Positions 11,432 to 24,795 of a stretch of DNA of 64,000 nt are shown piece after piece (positions within the stretch are counted from its first letter, which is position 1; every line of letters starts with the position of its first letter). Made by a program: the position numbers and the translations under genes. The notes beneath the pieces are model-generated. The model searched no databases. It saw nothing but the letters and a program-made list of their open reading frames with translations, and was not told the DNA's origin. The stretch comes from Schmidtea nova (Eukaryota), in contig CM097883.1 of NCBI GenBank assembly GCA_044892505.1, positions 22,134,001-22,198,000 of the forward strand, written 5' to 3'.

Positions 11432-13244
11432 TTAATTTATAAAGAAAACCCAAAATGAATTTCGTTTTATTCTCACAGTTTTTATTAAAAGGTTTATTTC
11501 CAGAATTTGGGTCCGTCTGGCTCATTGAGCGATTGGGGAAACGTTATGCAAGGAGGAAATTTATTCATAATATGGTAAATTATAATTTTTGAAAATATAT
11601 AAAATTTGCAAAAAATAATATCTCAACTCACATTTAGTGAAGTTTATATATTATATTTGTGCACTGGTTGTCTTTTTATAAAAATTTATTAAAAAAATTT
11701 ACCTAAATTTTTTAATCGGTTTTACAGTGATTAAGAGATTTTAAGACAATCTTTAAGGGAAATCTAAATTCTAAAATCTAATCAAAAAAACTTGTAATGT
11801 AGAGTGTGTAAAGAAAAAAGAGTTGAACTTTTTGTCTGTTCGAGTTTTAAGTTCTCTCCGGATTAACCTTCGAGAAAGTACGAAATGATTTTTTGGGTGA
11901 ATATTATAAATTTTGTAGCAATATTTCTACACTTATTATTTACTTTTAATAAATTAATTTAATTAAAGGCTTGATTAAGGCTGTACCAAAATATCAAGTA
12001 CCTAACAATTTTGATCTATAGTCTTACAAAAAATTAATATTTTAAAATTATTGAAATAAAAAAAAACAATAAATGGTTTTATATTATTTTTAAAATACAC
12101 ACTTGATAAAGGCTGTTCCGAAATATTATGTTATTGTTCATAAAAAAAATTTTAACTATAGTCATCATTATGGGAATTATTGATAATAATAATAATAATA
12201 AAAGATCAAAGGTGAAAAAAGATAATTTTTAAAATAGTTTAATAATTATCAATAGTTTATGTTTTATAACAGCACAATTGAATAATTAAAATTTTCAATA
12301 AATATAATAATAATAATACGGTACTAATACTCCATGTGTATCTTTTTATTTTTTAAAAATCAAAATTAATTATATTACACCGTACAAAATAGATAGAATA
12401 AATTAAATATTCATAAAACCGGCTAAATAATCACAAAATAGTCAAATTTCAGATATTGATCGATAACATGATAGGATTGTCATTTGATGGAATTGAGCTA
12501 TTATTTTGACTTGGATTATTTCCTGTGTATGTTTTTATGGGGGAAAAAATTTATTACAAAATACAAAATAAAATAAAAATATTACAACGTAAAAAATGAA
12601 TCAAATATTTTTAAATAATGAAAAAATAATCAAACGATAAATGTAATTGGATTGATAAAAAGCAATTGCAATATAATTTCAATCAAATAATATTTTGTTG
12701 TTTTGAGGGAAAACCAATAAATAATAATTTGAACTGCGCATAAATGTCATTCGTGGAAACTTGTAAACATTCAACTGCCAAATCCACGAAATCTCCTGTC
12801 GATTCCCATTCAATTCCACACGGAATGACCACACCATACATTCATGCTTTCCCTCATTATTAGCAGAATTAATTCTCTCGGATTCGATTCTGTTGCAATT
12901 GCATCAAAGTGAAATTGAATTTCAAGAGTTTTTTATACCTTTGAACGTCTTTGAGATTTGCTATTTTCCAAAGTCCTTAGTTGCAGTACTTTTACATCGA
13001 AAAAGGGTTCAAATGAAACACGTTAGAAACAATCCCCTTCTATAAAAAGAATACTCTTTGAAAAATGTAATTTGAAATTTTTAAAATACACTTTTTAAAA
13101 ATTTTTTTTTATTTAAAAATTTTATCTTTAGTTTTTAATAAAATGAAAGTCTCTGAAATAGAAATGAAAATGTCAAAGATGAAAATAAAAGATAAAAATG
13201 ATTATATATTTAATTAGATTGTGAAATAAAATGGTCAAATAATA

Positions 13245-13548
13245 CTAATAGTTACAATAACAAACATTCGAATTTGCGCATTTGTTGCGGTCGCATCCGT
13301 AGCAGCAATAATACAAACAATATTTATATTCTATAACGGTCCCTCCTTTGTAGCCTGGCAAGTAAAAACTACAAAATTAATCTTATAAATATAGAATAAT
13401 AACAGGTATCTGATGAGGAAACGTCTTCCTTTAAAAACAGAAAAACCAAAAATATAAGCAAATATTTTCCTATCTGGAAATAAAATCTCAGAATTATATA
13501 AAATAAATTATAATTTTTTATAAACATTTATTGAAACCTTACCCTCAT
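13245..13548 (-). CDS. Secreted 8-Cys peptide P3, 61 aa (exons 13548-13543, 13473-13404, 13354-13245)
   Basis: MRIGKYLLIFLVFLFLKEDVSSSDTCYKGGTVIEYKYCLYYCCYGCDRNKCANSNVCYCNY*. Confidence 0.85.
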
Positions 13549-14952
13549 TTTGTTGATATAAGAAATCTAAAATGAATTTCGTTTAATTTTCACTGCTTTT
13601 ATAAAAGGTTTATTTCCAGAATTTAGGTCCGTCTGGCTCATTGAGCGATTGGGGAACCGTTTTGCAAGGAGGAAATTTATTCATAATATGGTAAATTATA
13701 ATTTTTAAAATCTAAATAAAATTTTACAAAAATTCCCATTTAAGTGATTTTAAATTCAATACGGATTCTAGATAATTTACTAACAGACCCTACAACAAGT
13801 TTCGGATGTTAATATTAAAATATTAGCACAAGAGCAAGTTTCTTATTTGAATTGAAAAATTACTNNNNNNNNNNNNNNNNNNNNNNNNNNNNNNNNNNNN
13901 NNNNNNNNNNNNNNNNNNNNNNNNNNNNNNNNNNNNNNNNNNNNNNNNNNNNNNNNNNNNNNNNNNNNNNNNNNNNNNNNNNNNNNNNNNNNNNNNNNNN
14001 NNNNNNNNNNNNNNNNNNNNNNNNNNNNNNNNNNNNNNNNNNNNNNNNNNNNNNNNNNNNNNNNNNNNNNNNNNNNNNNNNNNNNNNNNNNAATGAGATA
14101 CATTTTAAGTGCAGTTACCAGTAATTTAGTAAATTTTTGTTATATTTTAAATATTTAAATATTATAATGTATTTTTATTTTTAAATTAAATATAATTATG
14201 GATCTATTTTATAAGAATTTGAAGATATTTCTAATTTTTTTCTTAAAAAATAATATTTTTAAAAATTTTATTTTGAGGAGAATTTTAATTAAATGACAAT
14301 TTCTGTCTTTCAATGAGAATTCTCAACAGATAGAATCGTTAAAAACATTCAAAATATTCGATATAATTCAAAACATCATTTTTTAAGGTTTTAAGTTCCC
14401 GTAAATCACTGATTTGCACTTTATTTATGCCCATATGTGTGGTGGGTTGTTGATCGTCAATATGACCTTGACGTTGTTATGGCTCTCATCAACAACTCAA
14501 CATACAAAACATTAGCTAATCATCTTGTTGCCCGTCACAATGTAACGTTGGAAATGCAACAAATGGGTGGGTATTCGCAATCAGTGAGCGTCGAAAATTC
14601 AAAACTATAATTGACGGAATATCTCCTGGGTCCAAGGGCTACCAATAGAAGGTCTAATGCCCATTTTGTCCCTTCTATGATTCATATACCGACTTTTACG
14701 GGTAATTAGCGAAATAAAGGTTTCATCAGCTAGAATTCATAAATCTATCTCTATTGGTCTTTCCCCACCGATCACTATCCGTTTTCGTTACTTATCACTT
14801 ATTCCACAGTCAAACAACAATTAAATTTAACACTCAATTCAAAAGTTTAATATAATTAAAAGGAAATACATACAATGCATATTACACTAAAACATTAAAG
14901 ATGAAGAATCACTTATCAGCAATAGGATTAGTCAACTCTATGATAGTCAGAT

Positions 14953-15507
14953 TTAAATCAATGTCAAGTCAAGAATTTCGGTCGATTCTTTTCGGATTTG
15001 GCCCAATAAACGAGCTTCCTGGCGACGTCTTCTTCGCGCCCTAACCCCTTTACTGGGTTTCTGACGTTTAGACTTCTCCGGAGCGGGAGGTGTTAGAATT
15101 TCTTCCTCGACCCTCACTGGGAACAATTTCTGGGGTGGAAGCTGTGACTTTGGCAATATGGCAGAGATGATGCCACTATCCACTCTTAACTTCTCGATCA
15201 AGAGATCCTGCTCTCGCATCGTGACCCTGCACGCACGCAATCTCATCGCGTTTTCAGCAGCCTGTTGTAGAAGCAATTGATTCTGCTTCTTTAATTTATT
15301 GACGGTCTCCTTGTCAGACCAGGTCAATTCCATTTCCTTACAGCGAGCTCTGAATTTCTCCATCCGGGAGGTCATTGTTTGTAGGGCGTCTGAATTTGAT
15401 GCTTTCATCTTCTCCAGCTTGGCGAAACACTGATCCATCTTACGATTGTGTCTGGCATTTTCCAGAGTCAACCGATGAATTTCTTCCAACTTCTGCTCGA
15501 GGTTCAT
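14953..15507 (-). CDS. 184-aa coiled-coil protein with basic Arg-rich C-terminus, unknown function
   Basis: Intronless ORF, clearly more GC-rich than its flanks; decayed homolog at ~44000-44420 (LKEKDQEIYRYRVEYGL vs MREQDLLIEKLRVDSGI; AELFP vs QKLFP). Confidence 0.55.
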   Translation of the reverse strand: MNLEQKLEEIHRLTLENARHNRKMDQCFAKLEKMKASNSDALQTMTSRMEKFRARCKEMELTWSDKETVNKLKKQNQLLLQQAAENAMRLRACRVTMREQDLLIEKLRVDSGIISAILPKSQLPPQKLFPVRVEEEILTPPAPEKSKRQKPSKGVRARRRRRQEARLLGQIRKESTEILDLTLI

Positions 15508-17139
15508 TTCTAAAATCTAATATCACACATTCAAAACGCATTTATTTTAGATTAGGCGTATCACCTGAAGTCGGAAAAATGGGCTGATCGATTACGAATC
15601 GAACCAGCGATCCGCTCAGGCTACTTCCATCCGTACGGCACGAGGCCAGAACGGATGTCAGAGGATATGGAAGCAAAAAAAAATTATTTTTTATCATTAT
15701 ACAATAAATATTACGTGAAATAGAGTTGTTATTCAATATGGGAATTTGTGACAATGTTGAAATAATTAAATTAAAAATAAAGTAAATAATAAAAAACTAA
15801 CATTCACATAAATTTAATATTTCGATCAATAACTAAAAATAATGATAATAATATAAAATTAAAAATGACCAAGTAAAATACTACCGGGTACAGGGTAATT
15901 AAAGAGGCATGATTTTCTATGACGCCGCACCAAACAAGAAAATGATGCTTACGTTAATTAATCGATCGTACTGGGTAAATTTTCGCAAGTTCAAATCTCC
16001 TTTTGTAAATCGGGATCCTCCACGGGTTGTGTAAAATATGAATGCTTAACTTTCGATATCGCAAACATTTTCTTCGACTTCTCTTCTAACTTCAATCTTT
16101 GGATGTTTGGTAACACTTGATGAATTGGACAAATCTTCAAATAGAAACTTAAAATAAGTTTAAAATGGGCGTCCGGCAAGTCTTGGTAAAATAGAATTTA
16201 AATTAAGTAGTTGACGAAATTTTCTGCAAAGATTCTGATTTTCGCCATTCTGATGGCGGTATATATACCTCCTTCTGTGTGTTACCTTCATTGATGTATT
16301 AAAACAAATCGTTCTAGAAGGAGTTTCTAATTTTCTCGAAATTTATTCCAACAATTTTCCGCAAAATTAAGTTAATATTTTTACATCAAATTTTCATAAA
16401 ACTTTAAATAATTTATTTTTAATCAAAGTTTTTTTGATTCAATTTGTTGCATTTTCGATCAAAATTATTTTCTTTTATATCTTTATACATTTTCAATATG
16501 AAATCATGATCTTCCTTCTAAAAACATGCTAAATTTCTACAACTGAGGCTTTATGACGTGAATGCGTTCTCTAGAAGCATATTCAGTGTGTTTTCCGCCT
16601 ATTCTAGCTATTTAAACGTTCTTCTTTTAACCAATTTTTGTTCTACTTGATGTTTTGGTTTATGGGTCTGTAGATTAGAACTTCGCGCCCTCTCTTCTTG
16701 TTAGTGCGCTTTGTCCGCTTTAATATTTCGGTGTGTTTTCACTTAACTACTTCGATTTTACTTGATGTTTTTGTTAAATTAGAATCTTGCGCGTTCTCTA
16801 CTTATTGTTTTACCGCTTCATTTAAACAATTTGCAGTTTTGGCCCAACATGTGTGTATTTTTTATTAAAGGATTCATGTGCTCGTAATTTTTGTCCTTAT
16901 CTGCAATAGGTATATATTTTTTTCTATGTATAATTATAATTGTTATTATGCATAATCTCGACACAATTTACACTACCTTCTTTTTTAAATTTGTCAAAAG
17001 ATCTGATAAGTTCATCAAAATGTTCATTTTTAATTTTTATGAATAATTTTCATAATTGTATGACTATAGATCAAAAATATTTTTTTGGTTGTTAAGTGTA
17101 TTTAACAACCAAAATAAATTTGATCAGTAGACAAATGTG

Positions 17140-17450
17140 TGTACTCCAGAACAAAGAAAAATGATGTCATCTATAATTCACAGCCAATCAAAATCAAGTG
17201 ACCTTCTGTGTGGTACTTTTTTTGCATACCCCCCATAATTTTATTTTTAATTTCAATTTAAGGGAAAAGTTCAAGGTCACCGTTATGGTAAGGTCATCTT
17301 AAGTTCAAGGTCACCCTAAGATCAAGGTCAAATTTTTTTAACATATTACAAATTTTTAACATATTACTTAATATGAACATAAAACTATTATGTACTAGGT
17401 TAAAGTTAAGGGGGTATGCTTATTTTTTATACCTTCTGTCAGTAATTTTG
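17140..17450 (+). repeat. Dispersed repeat with CCAAT box and AGGTCA-rich block (inverted homolog ~43490-43760)
   Basis: ATGATGTCAT..CAGCCAAT.AAAATC..G..ACTTTTT..GCA.ACCCCCA is shared by both copies, followed by AAGGTCA units. Confidence 0.6.
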
Positions 17451-18899
17451 TTACTAATCCCATTTTTTTACAAACCACATAATAGTTTAGTCAGATAAAA
17501 CTATTGTGTAATAGATTAAAGTTAAAATAAAAATAATCTATTATTATAAATATTATTATTATTAATATAATTATTTTCCTCATTATTATTATTATCATTA
17601 TTAATATTTTAATTATTATTATTATTATTATTATTATTACAAAATTATTATTTTACAATTATAACTATTATCAAAATATTAAAATTATTATTACTATTAA
17701 CAAAATATACTTTTTTTAATAAACTTCTTTAAAAATAAAATCAAATAAATCTTACATTTGTTTTGATTATTCATATTCATCTCGGAATCACTCTTGGCGA
17801 AAACATTTATCATTGTGTAATCATTCATCGCATAATTAAAAACATTAACTTTAAAAAACTTTATTAAAAATATTTAAAATACTTTAAAAATAATTATACC
17901 ATTTCCAATAAAATCATTTACGTTTCCAATAAATCCATTATTAAATTTTCTTGACATGTTTACCGATTGAACTAAATTTCCTACAAAAATGGTATAAATA
18001 AATATAGATGTAATAAAAAGAATTTACTATTTCATCCATTAATCCCGGTGTTGTTAACTTGATTAGATCCTGTTCTAAAATTAACATTAGTTATTGACAT
18101 ATTTCTTAAATTCAAAAGTAATAATAATAATAATAATAATAAAGTAATAAAATATTTTTTACCAATTTCGCCTGATCCATTGATTATTCTGACATTTGCA
18201 ATATTGTTGTATATTTTTACAATTGTTAATAGTTAAATATAAATTTTGGATTATAGTAAAAAGTGATTAAAATAATAAAACATCTCTTTATATATTGTAT
18301 ATTACATAATAATTATTTGGTCAAATTGAAAATCGTTCATGTATAGTTTGGTGGACCTAATATTAATCCTACCTTTAAATTGGGTTTCGGACTGCTTTGA
18401 GAGCGAATATTCGACGCAGATGGATTGAGACTATATTCCACATTAGTTGAAAGTAAGGGAGGTTTAGACAAGGACAACCACAGTGGCGTGCACGACTGCA
18501 TAAAACATGTAGAGGTAGAAAATGATTTATTTGAGTTTATTGTGCATTTTTAATGTTTGGATAACTTGTTGGAAGTGGTGAAGACACTAATGAATCGGTG
18601 GAGGAAGACATTAAAACCGTAGATGAAATTTCTGGCGATTTCATAAAGGATTCTTGAGGAGGAAGCTCACATGTTTGTAGTTTGGAATCGTTAATATTTT
18701 CAGTAATATCAGTACAGTTGGAGTACTTTTGAAGGAAGCAATTGAATGATGATATTGCAGTTGACTTAGAGTCTATCGATGATAAATTATCCAGACAACA
18801 ACTACAGGACTGATTAGCCGTCATAGTCGGCTCTATAGGTTTGGTTTGCTGAGATTGTGTAGTGATTTGCAGATGTTGACCAATTAGACATCGCCAAAT

Positions 18900-19402
18900 T
18901 GATAAGGCAAACTTAACAGCTTCATTGTGTAATCCATTACTGCTTAACGCTAGGACTCTGAGACATGATAATGGCAATTGCTCTGGCCAAATATGTTTGA
19001 CATCATCTTGACATCACTGAAATTCTCCTGTAAATGCGGAAAATCCCAGCTCATATCAGCTGCGATCAAAGCTAATCCGTTACAAAGTAATGATGGTGAT
19101 AACCTCATTTACATTCCTTTAAACCAATGAAAATTTAAACAATCACGAGTGTAGTCATATCCAGACCCATAGACATAACAACAGCCTTCATACATTTTGG
19201 AAGCAGAATCTTCTGGATGAGTATAATTATTGAAACAAGTTACCCATAAACTTAGTCTAACAAATTGGCTAGGATGTTCTGGCCTAGCTACCATCCAATA
19301 TGATGAAACGAATGTTAATAAGTTGAAAAGAAATGTAGCAGCAGTTAGACATAGAGCTAATTTCAAATTGAAAATCTTTTTGTCCATTTTTTTGTAATTC
19401 AA
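18900..19402 (-). pseudogene. Invertebrate claudin-like (PMP22/claudin, pickel/megatrachea type) gene, apparently disrupted
   Basis: TM1, SYW, RLSLWVTCFNNYTHP...YEGC..WFKGM* (stop where the family has a conserved Gln); downstream TM-like text continues with further stops and frameshifts. Confidence 0.6.
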
Positions 19403-20339
19403 TTTATATATTTAAAATTGAACAATTCTAACTCAAAAAATGTATTTTTTATTCCAATTCCAAAATATACTCCAAAGTAATAATTAATGTCAAATATTTA
19501 AACAATCACAATATTATTTTTTTTAAAGTAATTCATAACACAAAATTATATCCTTCAAAAATGTTAAATCTCGTAATACCATAAACAGAGAATTTAGTCC
19601 ATAAGACATACAAAATTTTTAGAAATAAATTTATGGTTAAATTACATAAATTTTTTTAAACTTAAATTTTCTTAGATAATGATTAGTTCGATGTTCAATA
19701 TACATGATTTCAAGACCATTCTGTAGCTTCAATTATTAGTGCCTTGATTGTTCTTGGAGTTAACTCGTCATTAAAATGAACTGTTGAAAATCTAATAGCA
19801 CTGAATAAAGTGAAAGTTTGAGGCAGACCATGTTCCTTTAATATTTTGAGAAAAGCTTCAATATCGACCCTTTAGACTACTACAATAATAAATGGGTACA
19901 TACAATTTAATTCAATGCAAAAATGAGTCAAGTGTAGTCTGTCTTTTGTTTTTTTAACATTTCACTTCTACAAAATCAGCATTGGTATTCATTGTGGATG
20001 TAGGGTTCCCTTCATTTCTTTCCTGCATAAAATAACGCTGTTACACAACCATACATTCTTTTTGCCTCCTAGTTAGTCACAGGCATTGGTGACTCATTAT
20101 CATCATAAGCATCATCGTCATCTTCGTCTTCGTATAATTTTTCATGTTTTGATTTGATACCTTCTACAATTGAATTCTTACATTCTTCATTATCATCGTA
20201 ACATGGTAAATTGTTATCTATTGTTGAAAATTATTCATATTAATAATAGGAACTTGCGAAATATTCTCTTTTTCTTCATTGCTTAAAATTTCGGGAATCT
20301 TTAAGGGTTTAAAGCCGCAATTAGTAAACCAGTTCTGTA

Positions 20340-21754
20340 TTGGGGTGGTTTTTATAGCTCGCCAACTGTCAGTGACAAACTTTATTGCTTGCAAAAGGGA
20401 GTCTTAAAATATTTGATTACCCCATGTCGATTGGTTGCACTAACGATGTGGTATTAGGAAGAAGAAATTCCAGCTGTATATTTTTTAGATTGTCTAAATG
20501 AGGGTATGTCGCACAATTGTCAAATTTTTTTTTAAGTTGTAATTTTTTGTCCCAACTCGTAAGCCAGTTTCGAAAAATTTCAGAAGTCATTCACGCATTT
20601 TTGTTTGCATTGTACTCTACTGGTAAACCCTCCATTCTTAACCCCTTAAAGCATCGAGGTCTATCACTTTTTCCTGTGATCTGTAGCTTTCGTTGTCAGT
20701 ACCTGACATATTTGTACAGCATAACACAGTAATGCGGTCTATCGCCTTTTTATAACCCGATAGTGCAATGTGTTTATTGCATAAGGAATTTTCTGGCGTA
20801 GCACGATAATAGAGGCCGGTTTCATCTGCATTGTAAATGTCATAAGCACAAAAATTCTCTAGAAACAGGAATTTTCGTAGTTTTCAACTGTTCGGCACTT
20901 TCGCTGTCCGCACTGCCTTTTTCACCGTGCGCTTTTTTAAATTTAATATTGTGTCTTACTTTTCATCGCGATAATCAACCATCAGTTACATTGAGATCAT
21001 TTCGGCCTAGTTTTTAGCTAACCTCTGACTTTGCCTTCAAAATTGGGCCGTTGATATTTACGCCTCTGCCACTAACAATAGAAAACCATTGATCTAGTGC
21101 TTCATTGATCTAGTGATACTTTCACTCGCGTTTTCTTTTGGATCTTCCTGTTTGTCCCCATTGTAATATCAATTCCTCACGCATTTTATTTTCTTGTCGT
21201 AAGACACGCGATATGGTAGTTTTTGGTACACCAGTTATCTCAGCAAGCCGACGATAACTTGTATTAAGAGGCTGGCTTTTTATTTTATCTAGCAAAGCAA
21301 ATTTAGTGGAAAGTGTCAAATCATTTCTTGGCATTTTTACGAGGGTCAAATCTCTGAAAACTAAAATTGACAAAAAAATAGGTTTAACTGAATAAATACG
21401 TAACAATTGAGACAGTAGGTTTGACTCTCGCAGCTTTAATGATTGGCGTGGTTTGGCGCCTATTATTAAATCTGAATACGTAAACATTAAGTGACACCTG
21501 ATTAAAATCTACTCATCTGAATGAAAAACAACGCATCATGTCAAATTCTTTGAACATATAATTTTTCTTGAGAATATGTGTAACATATTATGTACTGTGA
21601 TCTTATATTTATTATCCCAATTAAGCGAAATGTTGTCCCAATTAAACATATAAGTTTACTGTTGTTTCTTTGGTTTGGTTTCTGTTCTTTGAGATTTGGC
21701 CCAAATAAGCGGCTGTCCAAATTAAGCGGTGTCCCAATTAAGCGTAATCAACTG
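20340..21754 (-). mobile_element. pogo/Tigger-like DNA transposon remnant
   Basis: TA-CAGTTGATTACGCTTAATTGGGAC 5' TIR ending at 21754; CENP-B-type HTH (MPRNDLTLSTKFALLDKIK..YRRLAEITGVPKTTISRVL); HGEKGSAD; FLLPNTTSLVQPIDMG (pogo QPxD motif); multiple stops; no 3' TIR seen. Confidence 0.85.
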
Positions 21755-21764
21755 TATATGTCCT

Positions 21765-22129
21765 TTCATTTTATTGTTTATAAACCTTCGATGTTTCTTA
21801 AGTCTAGGCCCCACTTGTTCCGGTTCAGGTTCAGGTTCATCTTTATTACACATACTTGCAACATTAGGAATAATACTAGTCACAGTAGGCAGTACTTTAC
21901 CAATTGCAGACAAAGGATTTGTTTTCAATGATGTTAATATTTTCTGATCATTCATGTTCACATCTTTGATAGTTTTCAATCCAAAACTGCCTATTTGTTT
22001 AAAAATTGGGAGTGCAAATAGCCCTATAGTTTTTAACCAACCTTATCCGTACTGTTTACCTGCAAAATAAGGTAATTCCCCACCAGTTTGGCTATTACTA
22101 TACAATGAAATTATATCTTGATTTATCAT
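21765..22129 (-). pseudogene. Polinton small core-like protein remnant (QxGG...QxGxG motif class)
   Basis: MINQDIISLYSNSQTGGELPYFAGKQYG*GWLKTIGLFALPIFK; lies directly downstream of the minor-capsid remnant, as in Polintons. Confidence 0.6.
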
Positions 22130-22900
22130 TTAATTTACGAAAATGTAATGTCAATTGTGTTTTTGAATCTTTTGGAAAGTTTATCGTCACGGATATTTAT
22201 TTTTATATTGTTTATACATGAGGTAAAAATGGGTTATTACATTGGACTATCCATTAATATTTGTACACCTTCATCCTGTTCATATTTTTCGATCCATACA
22301 TATTTCAGTAGAGGAACCTAAGAATCACTAACAATTATTGGTTTAATAATGTTACTGTAAATGAACAAGAATGATGAACAAGAATTATAGGTTTCCCAGA
22401 GTTCCATCAATAATGTTTCTTTCTCTAAATGTTTGTTTATTTAATAATAAAGTACTCGTAAAATTTCTTTTCGAATGTAACTTCACTAATATTATCATTG
22501 AGACTAAATTTGAACCATTTATTAATCTCCATAATTTTAAAGATGTGAAAGCAATTGAATAATAAATATTTGCTCAAATCATCAATATGGATTTGTATAA
22601 ATCAATATCAAATATAAATGTTTCTTCAAACTCTGCATCATACAATATTGTTATTCATATATCTTCAATTGTAGAACTGTTTAAATCAATTAATCCATGT
22701 TCCGAATACAGTTTTTCTAGCACACTTTTTATTTGAAGCTGATTAAATCCCGCTTGATTTGCTTCTTCAATAGTCCTAAATGTAATTATGTATGGTATAT
22801 AATCAGAATTAATATTTAACAATCGGTTTGTCAAAACATATTGTAATGTTGATCTAGTAGATGTTTCGCAATATCTTAACTTTTATTAAAATTACTGATT
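22130..22900 (-). pseudogene. Polinton minor capsid (penton) remnant
   Basis: Decayed C-terminus YSNIIKPIIVSDS*VPLLKYV...SPM**PIFTSCINNIKINIRDD...TQLTLHFRK matches the Maverick mCP pattern (DII.PQIVGD..PLLR.V...P.Y.P.....I.I.IRD...V.LHFR). Confidence 0.65.
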
Positions 22901-23810
22901 ATAAAAAGACCACTGCATGGATCTTGGGACTGGCGTCAAGTGAGTCGAATATTGTGTGATATGTAAAGATTCATTAAAGTTTTCGTATACCAATGGATTC
23001 GCTTGTTGCCATGACTTCAAACGACAGCAACTAGTGCATATTTCGGTGGCCGAAATGCTAAAGACATACTAGGATGACATTTACATCACAAAGTAAATGT
23101 TGAAGAACAAAGTTTTCTTGAATAAAGATTTATTTTTAAATTACTTTCTTTTATTAGGAATTTTATTTGATTGTTCGCCAATCAATTATAAGTATTTTTA
23201 TATAAAGATTATTTAATTATGACGATCTTTAGAACAGTACTGTTTTTACGTGTAAAATTTGATCGGATGAGACAAAATTTTCATGTTTTTACTCTTTTAC
23301 ACTTTTTATTTAGTCATTCAATTTTCAGTAGATTGGTATAAAAATTATTGAATTCTAAGCATTTTGGATTTTTGGAAATTGTGTGAATCAACCCTTTTTA
23401 CATGTAAAATTTGTTCTGTTGAGACAAAATTTTCATGTTTTTACTTTTTGACCCTTTCTTATTCGCCATTCAATTCTTAGTAGATTGGTATAAAAATTAT
23501 TTAATTCTGAGCATTTTTAAAATTACCGAAGTTGACCCTTTTCACATGTAAATTGATCACGGACTTTAAATTATCCATGTTTTGTTGAAAATATTAATTA
23601 AATTTTAAAGATTTTGAAAAAATTTTAGAAAAATTTTATTATTTTTATTATTTTGTACCAAATTTTGAAAAATAAAATAAAAATTATTAATTTCAGTATT
23701 ACGGCATCGGTTACGTAAGAATTAAAATGTTTTCTAACTTATAAAAAATTGCGTAAATATATGTAGAAATTGAGCAATATACGAATTATTATATAACATA
23801 CAAATATTTA

Positions 23811-24059
23811 CCGTATTTGCCGGTGTATAAGACCCTCCTTTTTTTACATATATTCAGTGATGAAAATTCAATTTTTATCCCTCAATTCAAAATGGTAAGA
23901 AGAAACTCTTACACAAATAAATTCAAGCTACAAGTAATTCTTTATACTATTTTTAAACATTTTACTTTTTACCTTTTTATATCCATAAAGTTTAGAGGGG
24001 GTCTTATACACGAGGGGGGTCTTATACACGACGGGGGTCTTATACACCGGCAAATACGG
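23811..24059 (+). mobile_element. 249-bp non-autonomous pogo-like derivative (MITE)
   Basis: TA-flanked TIRs CCGTATTTGCCGGTGTATAAGACCC; retains a transposase start MVRRNSYTNKFKLQVI (BrkDBD-like); subterminal GGGGGTCTTATACAC x3. Confidence 0.85.
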
Positions 24060-24795
24060 TACGTAATAATTGTGTAGCACAAAAGTATTATGTGATACTT
24101 GTGTAATAGATGTAATATTACATAATATTACAATTTTTAGAGGGTCACAGTTTCCGGGATAAATAGCTTGTGCTAGACCGATCACTATCCCCTAATATAA
24201 TGCTATAGTAATACTATAATTTTTGTAACCCCCCTTAAAATTAAATTTAGGGGGTTACTGTTAAAGATATTACGTAATTAATATAGTTTACGAATAAATG
24301 GCTTGTGCCAGAGCACTCACTTTGCCCTACTAATAACCTGTCTTTAATTCTACTGTACATAATATAAAGATCCAAAATCTTATGTTCAAACATCAAAATT
24401 TCTGAAACCGTTTTAATCGCAAAAAATATTTACATGTATTTTTGGTAACTACAAAAATGTTTTTTTTTTGGGAAAAAACTGAAACAAAATCTTCCTGTTG
24501 AACATCTTTTAACGAAACCTCATGTACCAATTTTATCAAAATACAACTTTCCACATTATGAATAATCTTGCTCCTTGAAAAATAATTTCCTAAATTTTGA
24601 ACCCAATTAATTTTTGCAAGTAAAGTTTATCATGTAATTTAATTATTTAACAATAAATTTGTAAAAAAAAATAATATTATTATAATTTTCTTTGGTTTCA
24701 CCTATTTTCCTTTTTTTTAAAAATTAAAAATGATATAATATAAAATGGAGCAGTGATTTGGAATTTGAAGTAGTTTTTTCTGAAAATAAAAATGT

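Noticed and set aside
12720-13030. Possible minus-strand exon(s) (..HECMVWSFRVELNG..WIWQLNVYKFP..)
   Set aside because: Protein-like, but no recognisable family and no consistent gene model.
18537-18977. 146-aa Ser-rich ORF
   Set aside because: No motif; may be the frameshifted tail of the claudin-like pseudogene, so not called separately.
20495-20515. AAATGAGGGTATG resembling a ninth peptide-gene start exon
   Set aside because: Lies antisense inside the pogo remnant, with no promoter motif, signal exon or Cys exon downstream.
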